Source: Bilabrum cf. latius (taxonomy: Eukaryota). Taken from it: 64,000 bases of DNA. Positions 61,563 through 64,000 of the stretch are shown in pieces. Where the stretch lies: assembly GCA_965178125.1 (NCBI GenBank), contig OZ237748.1, positions 62,001 through 126,000 of the forward strand, written 5' to 3'. Position 1 is the stretch's first letter. The number at the start of each line of letters is the position of its first letter. Both the position numbers and the translations under genes were made by a program. A model generated the notes under the pieces. That model made no database searches. It was given only the letters and a program-made list of their open reading frames with translations, and was not told the origin of the DNA.

Positions 61563-64000
61563 TCACCTCTGCACACCTTGAAAATGCTGCGTCCGTATGT
61601 GTCTACGCATGTTGTCCTTCGCGGCTGAGCTGTGGTTACACAGGGGGCACACGAACACGGGTCGGTCCTCACAGTGGCGCAACGCATGACTGCGTGCACC
61701 GGCCTTGCACGAACTCACATGAGGGCACACAGGACACTGGTAGGTGACCGCCCCCTCGTGCTTGATCTAATGATCGTCGCAGTGTGCGATTGCGCTCGAG
61801 AGGCTGCCAGCGAAGATCACCTTGAGGCACTCCTTGCACCTCTTCTCCCACCTTCTACCGCGTCCTCTTGTCACCTCGCCTCGCTAGGCCTACTGGAAGA
61901 GCTGCGGGTGGCACTCCTCGCAGTGGGCGCGAAGCGCCGCCAACGAATCGGACGTAGCGTTGCACTCGGCACAGGTGAGCCAGTCCCGCGTGACGAGCCC
62001 TGGACGCACCACCGGTACGACTTCCCCGAGCAGCCCCTCCATCCTCTCCACGGTCATGCCCGGCTCCGGCTCAACGAACGTGCGAATGTTCGACCTCTGC
62101 TCGCCCGACAGCTCCGAGGCCTTCTTGCGGACTATCCCTTCAATCGCTGCAGCACACTGCGCCGAGGAGCCCCGCGATGATGACTCTTGAGCGCCTGCCT
62201 CTGGTGCCGACGCGCGGCGGTGCGGGGCATCCGGGCCAGCACCAGAGATGCCCGCACCGCCCTGTCCCGCTCTGCTTCCAGGGCGCGAATCCGCTGCACT
62301 GGAAGCGGATCCGTGCGACGAGTGGTCGCTGCAGGCCGCACTGGCAGCCGATCTCGAACCCTTGACGCCCTCCTACGCAACCCCTGTGCTCGACCGAGCG
62401 GCTGCACGCGCGCTCGACCCCCTCGGCTGCGCGACGCCCTCCGGACACACGGCGTCCAGTATGCGCGTGGTCACGCTCGCGCGGAAGTCGCCCATCGACG
62501 CAGGCAGGGTCACCACCCGCGAGCCAAGCTGATCGTCCAAGTGCTTCTGCAGATGTCCAATGAGCTCGTCGGTGAGGAAGTCGGGCTGGAACGGGTGAAG
62601 CACCCTGCCAAAGTCACTCTCGCAGCCCCCCGGCGAGAAATGCACGGCAAACCTCCGCCGGAGGTCCGAGTGGCGCTTGCCCTTCTTGCTGTTGTCAATC
62701 TTCTCCCTGAACATGCGTGCCTCGTCTACAATCCTGTCCGTGTAGTACGACAGCATCACGAATGTCCTGACCATTGTTGGCACCTCGGTGCGCCCTCCTG
62801 TGGCGGGCCAGTCCTCCGATGGGCGCCCTTGCATGAATGCATCGGCAGCGCTGAATAGGGCCATGTCGTGCCCTCCCTGTTCCAACGGAATGACAATGAC
62901 GTCCTGGCTGGCGGTGTTGTACCGCATGCAGTTGGTAATCGTGTTGAAGGCGTCCTCTGCCCCGCGCACGCTAGGCAGGTACTTTTCCGCCGGGCCGAGG
63001 GTGCTCGAGATCGGCGAGCCGCCCTGCCCGGTCGGCCTGAACTCGATGCTGAACAGCTCTATTTTCTGCCTGCGGGTGCTGCCCGTATCCCTGAGGTCTC
63101 GAAGGAACTCTGCCACCTGCGGCGCGCTGTCTCGCAGCAGCACGACCCACGCCAGCTTTGGCGCCGCCTCGTTGCGCGATCTGACCGTGTCACGGTAGTG
63201 CGTCTCGGCGAATGTGTCGGCCATCCGGAACGCATCGGCGATCGCTTCCGGCTGCACGGACACTGTGAGTCCCCTGAAAGGCACCTTTGTCGGGGCGAAG
63301 AACTCGAGCGGCCAGGCTCGCACGAGCGATAGGCACTCCTTGTTCCATGCATCCGCCTGCACCGGCTCCAGTACCTCCCTCAGGTATCGCTGCAAGTCGT
63401 GCACCCGAGTCCCGGCGCGGTCATTGGCGAGTGCAAGCTCGAGCGCCCCCCAGGCACTGCTGCCGCGGAAGGTCCCGTGCAGCAGGCGCCATGCGTTGTA
63501 GGCCAGCACGGCTGCGCTGGATGCAACCCCACAACGCATGTGCCCAACGACGGTGGCGGCAATCGCAGCCATGTCGGGTGCCTCTAGCCTTGCGATGATC
63601 TGCCTTCCCTTGGCTGCGAGCCATGCCCACGTGGCTGGCGGCAGGTTGCCGATGCCCTGCTGCGCCTGCTTCTCGGATGTCCACTGCATCGAGACGAGCA
63701 CACCTGGCAGTCCATCCCGCAGGCCATTAGCCTTGCAATCGTCCCAAGTGCTGCAGAGCTCTTTCATAGCCCAAAACGTGGGATCCGAAAAGTCCCACTG
63801 CGACGAGAGTGCCACCGACTCGGTGCAATTATAGCAAAACTGCGTGACGTCCTGAAGGGTGGGAACCTCCTCGCCATCGGCCGATGCAGCATCCCTTTCG
63901 ATCTGGTTCACGATGTGCCTGGCAATGCCGTGGACCGACACGCCCCAGTGCTTGACCTCGGAGAGAAAGTCGAACACTTTCTGCCGCAGCGCTGCTCCCT
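61563..64000 (-). CDS. Large hypothetical protein with four C-terminal C2H2-type zinc fingers (5' end outside the window)
   Basis: ORF 62373..63977 continues through TAG 62373 into CAEC..RAHCEECH, CKEC..HCDDH*IKH, YQCPVC..RSHALRH and FVCPLC..RRHIRTQH. Ends TGA 61563. Confidence 0.75.

Overview
Gene-dense, GC-rich eukaryotic nuclear DNA with GT-AG introns, SF-assemblin and lipoyl synthase. A flagellated protist is likely, but the lineage is not determinable here. The main result is a non-standard genetic code: TAG is a sense codon, almost certainly Gln. The supplied ORF track is fragmented at TAG. Reading TAG as Gln joins the fragments into about 16 coherent genes, and every end I could trace is TGA. 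I found no in-frame TAA inside any of them. Genes recovered: DNAJC9-like, SF-assemblin, ankyrin protein, choline-transporter-like protein, a PINK1-like kinase fused to a ubiquitin-like domain and four SPRY domains, a multi-Tudor/KOW protein, a ~2750-aa GNPTAB/Stealth protein, three tandem paralogs of an unknown N-acylated family, LIAS, a GPI-anchored Cys-rich protein, a Rieske-domain protein, a half cyclophilin and a C2H2 zinc-finger protein. The third paralog is interrupted by a 3.4-kb AT-rich TIR element with a 4-bp TSD and is followed by a 29-copy 59-bp array. A non-palindromic DNA word, (GT)GTGACGAGTG, is also strongly over-represented: at least 28 exact copies on both strands, in several reading frames and in an intron.
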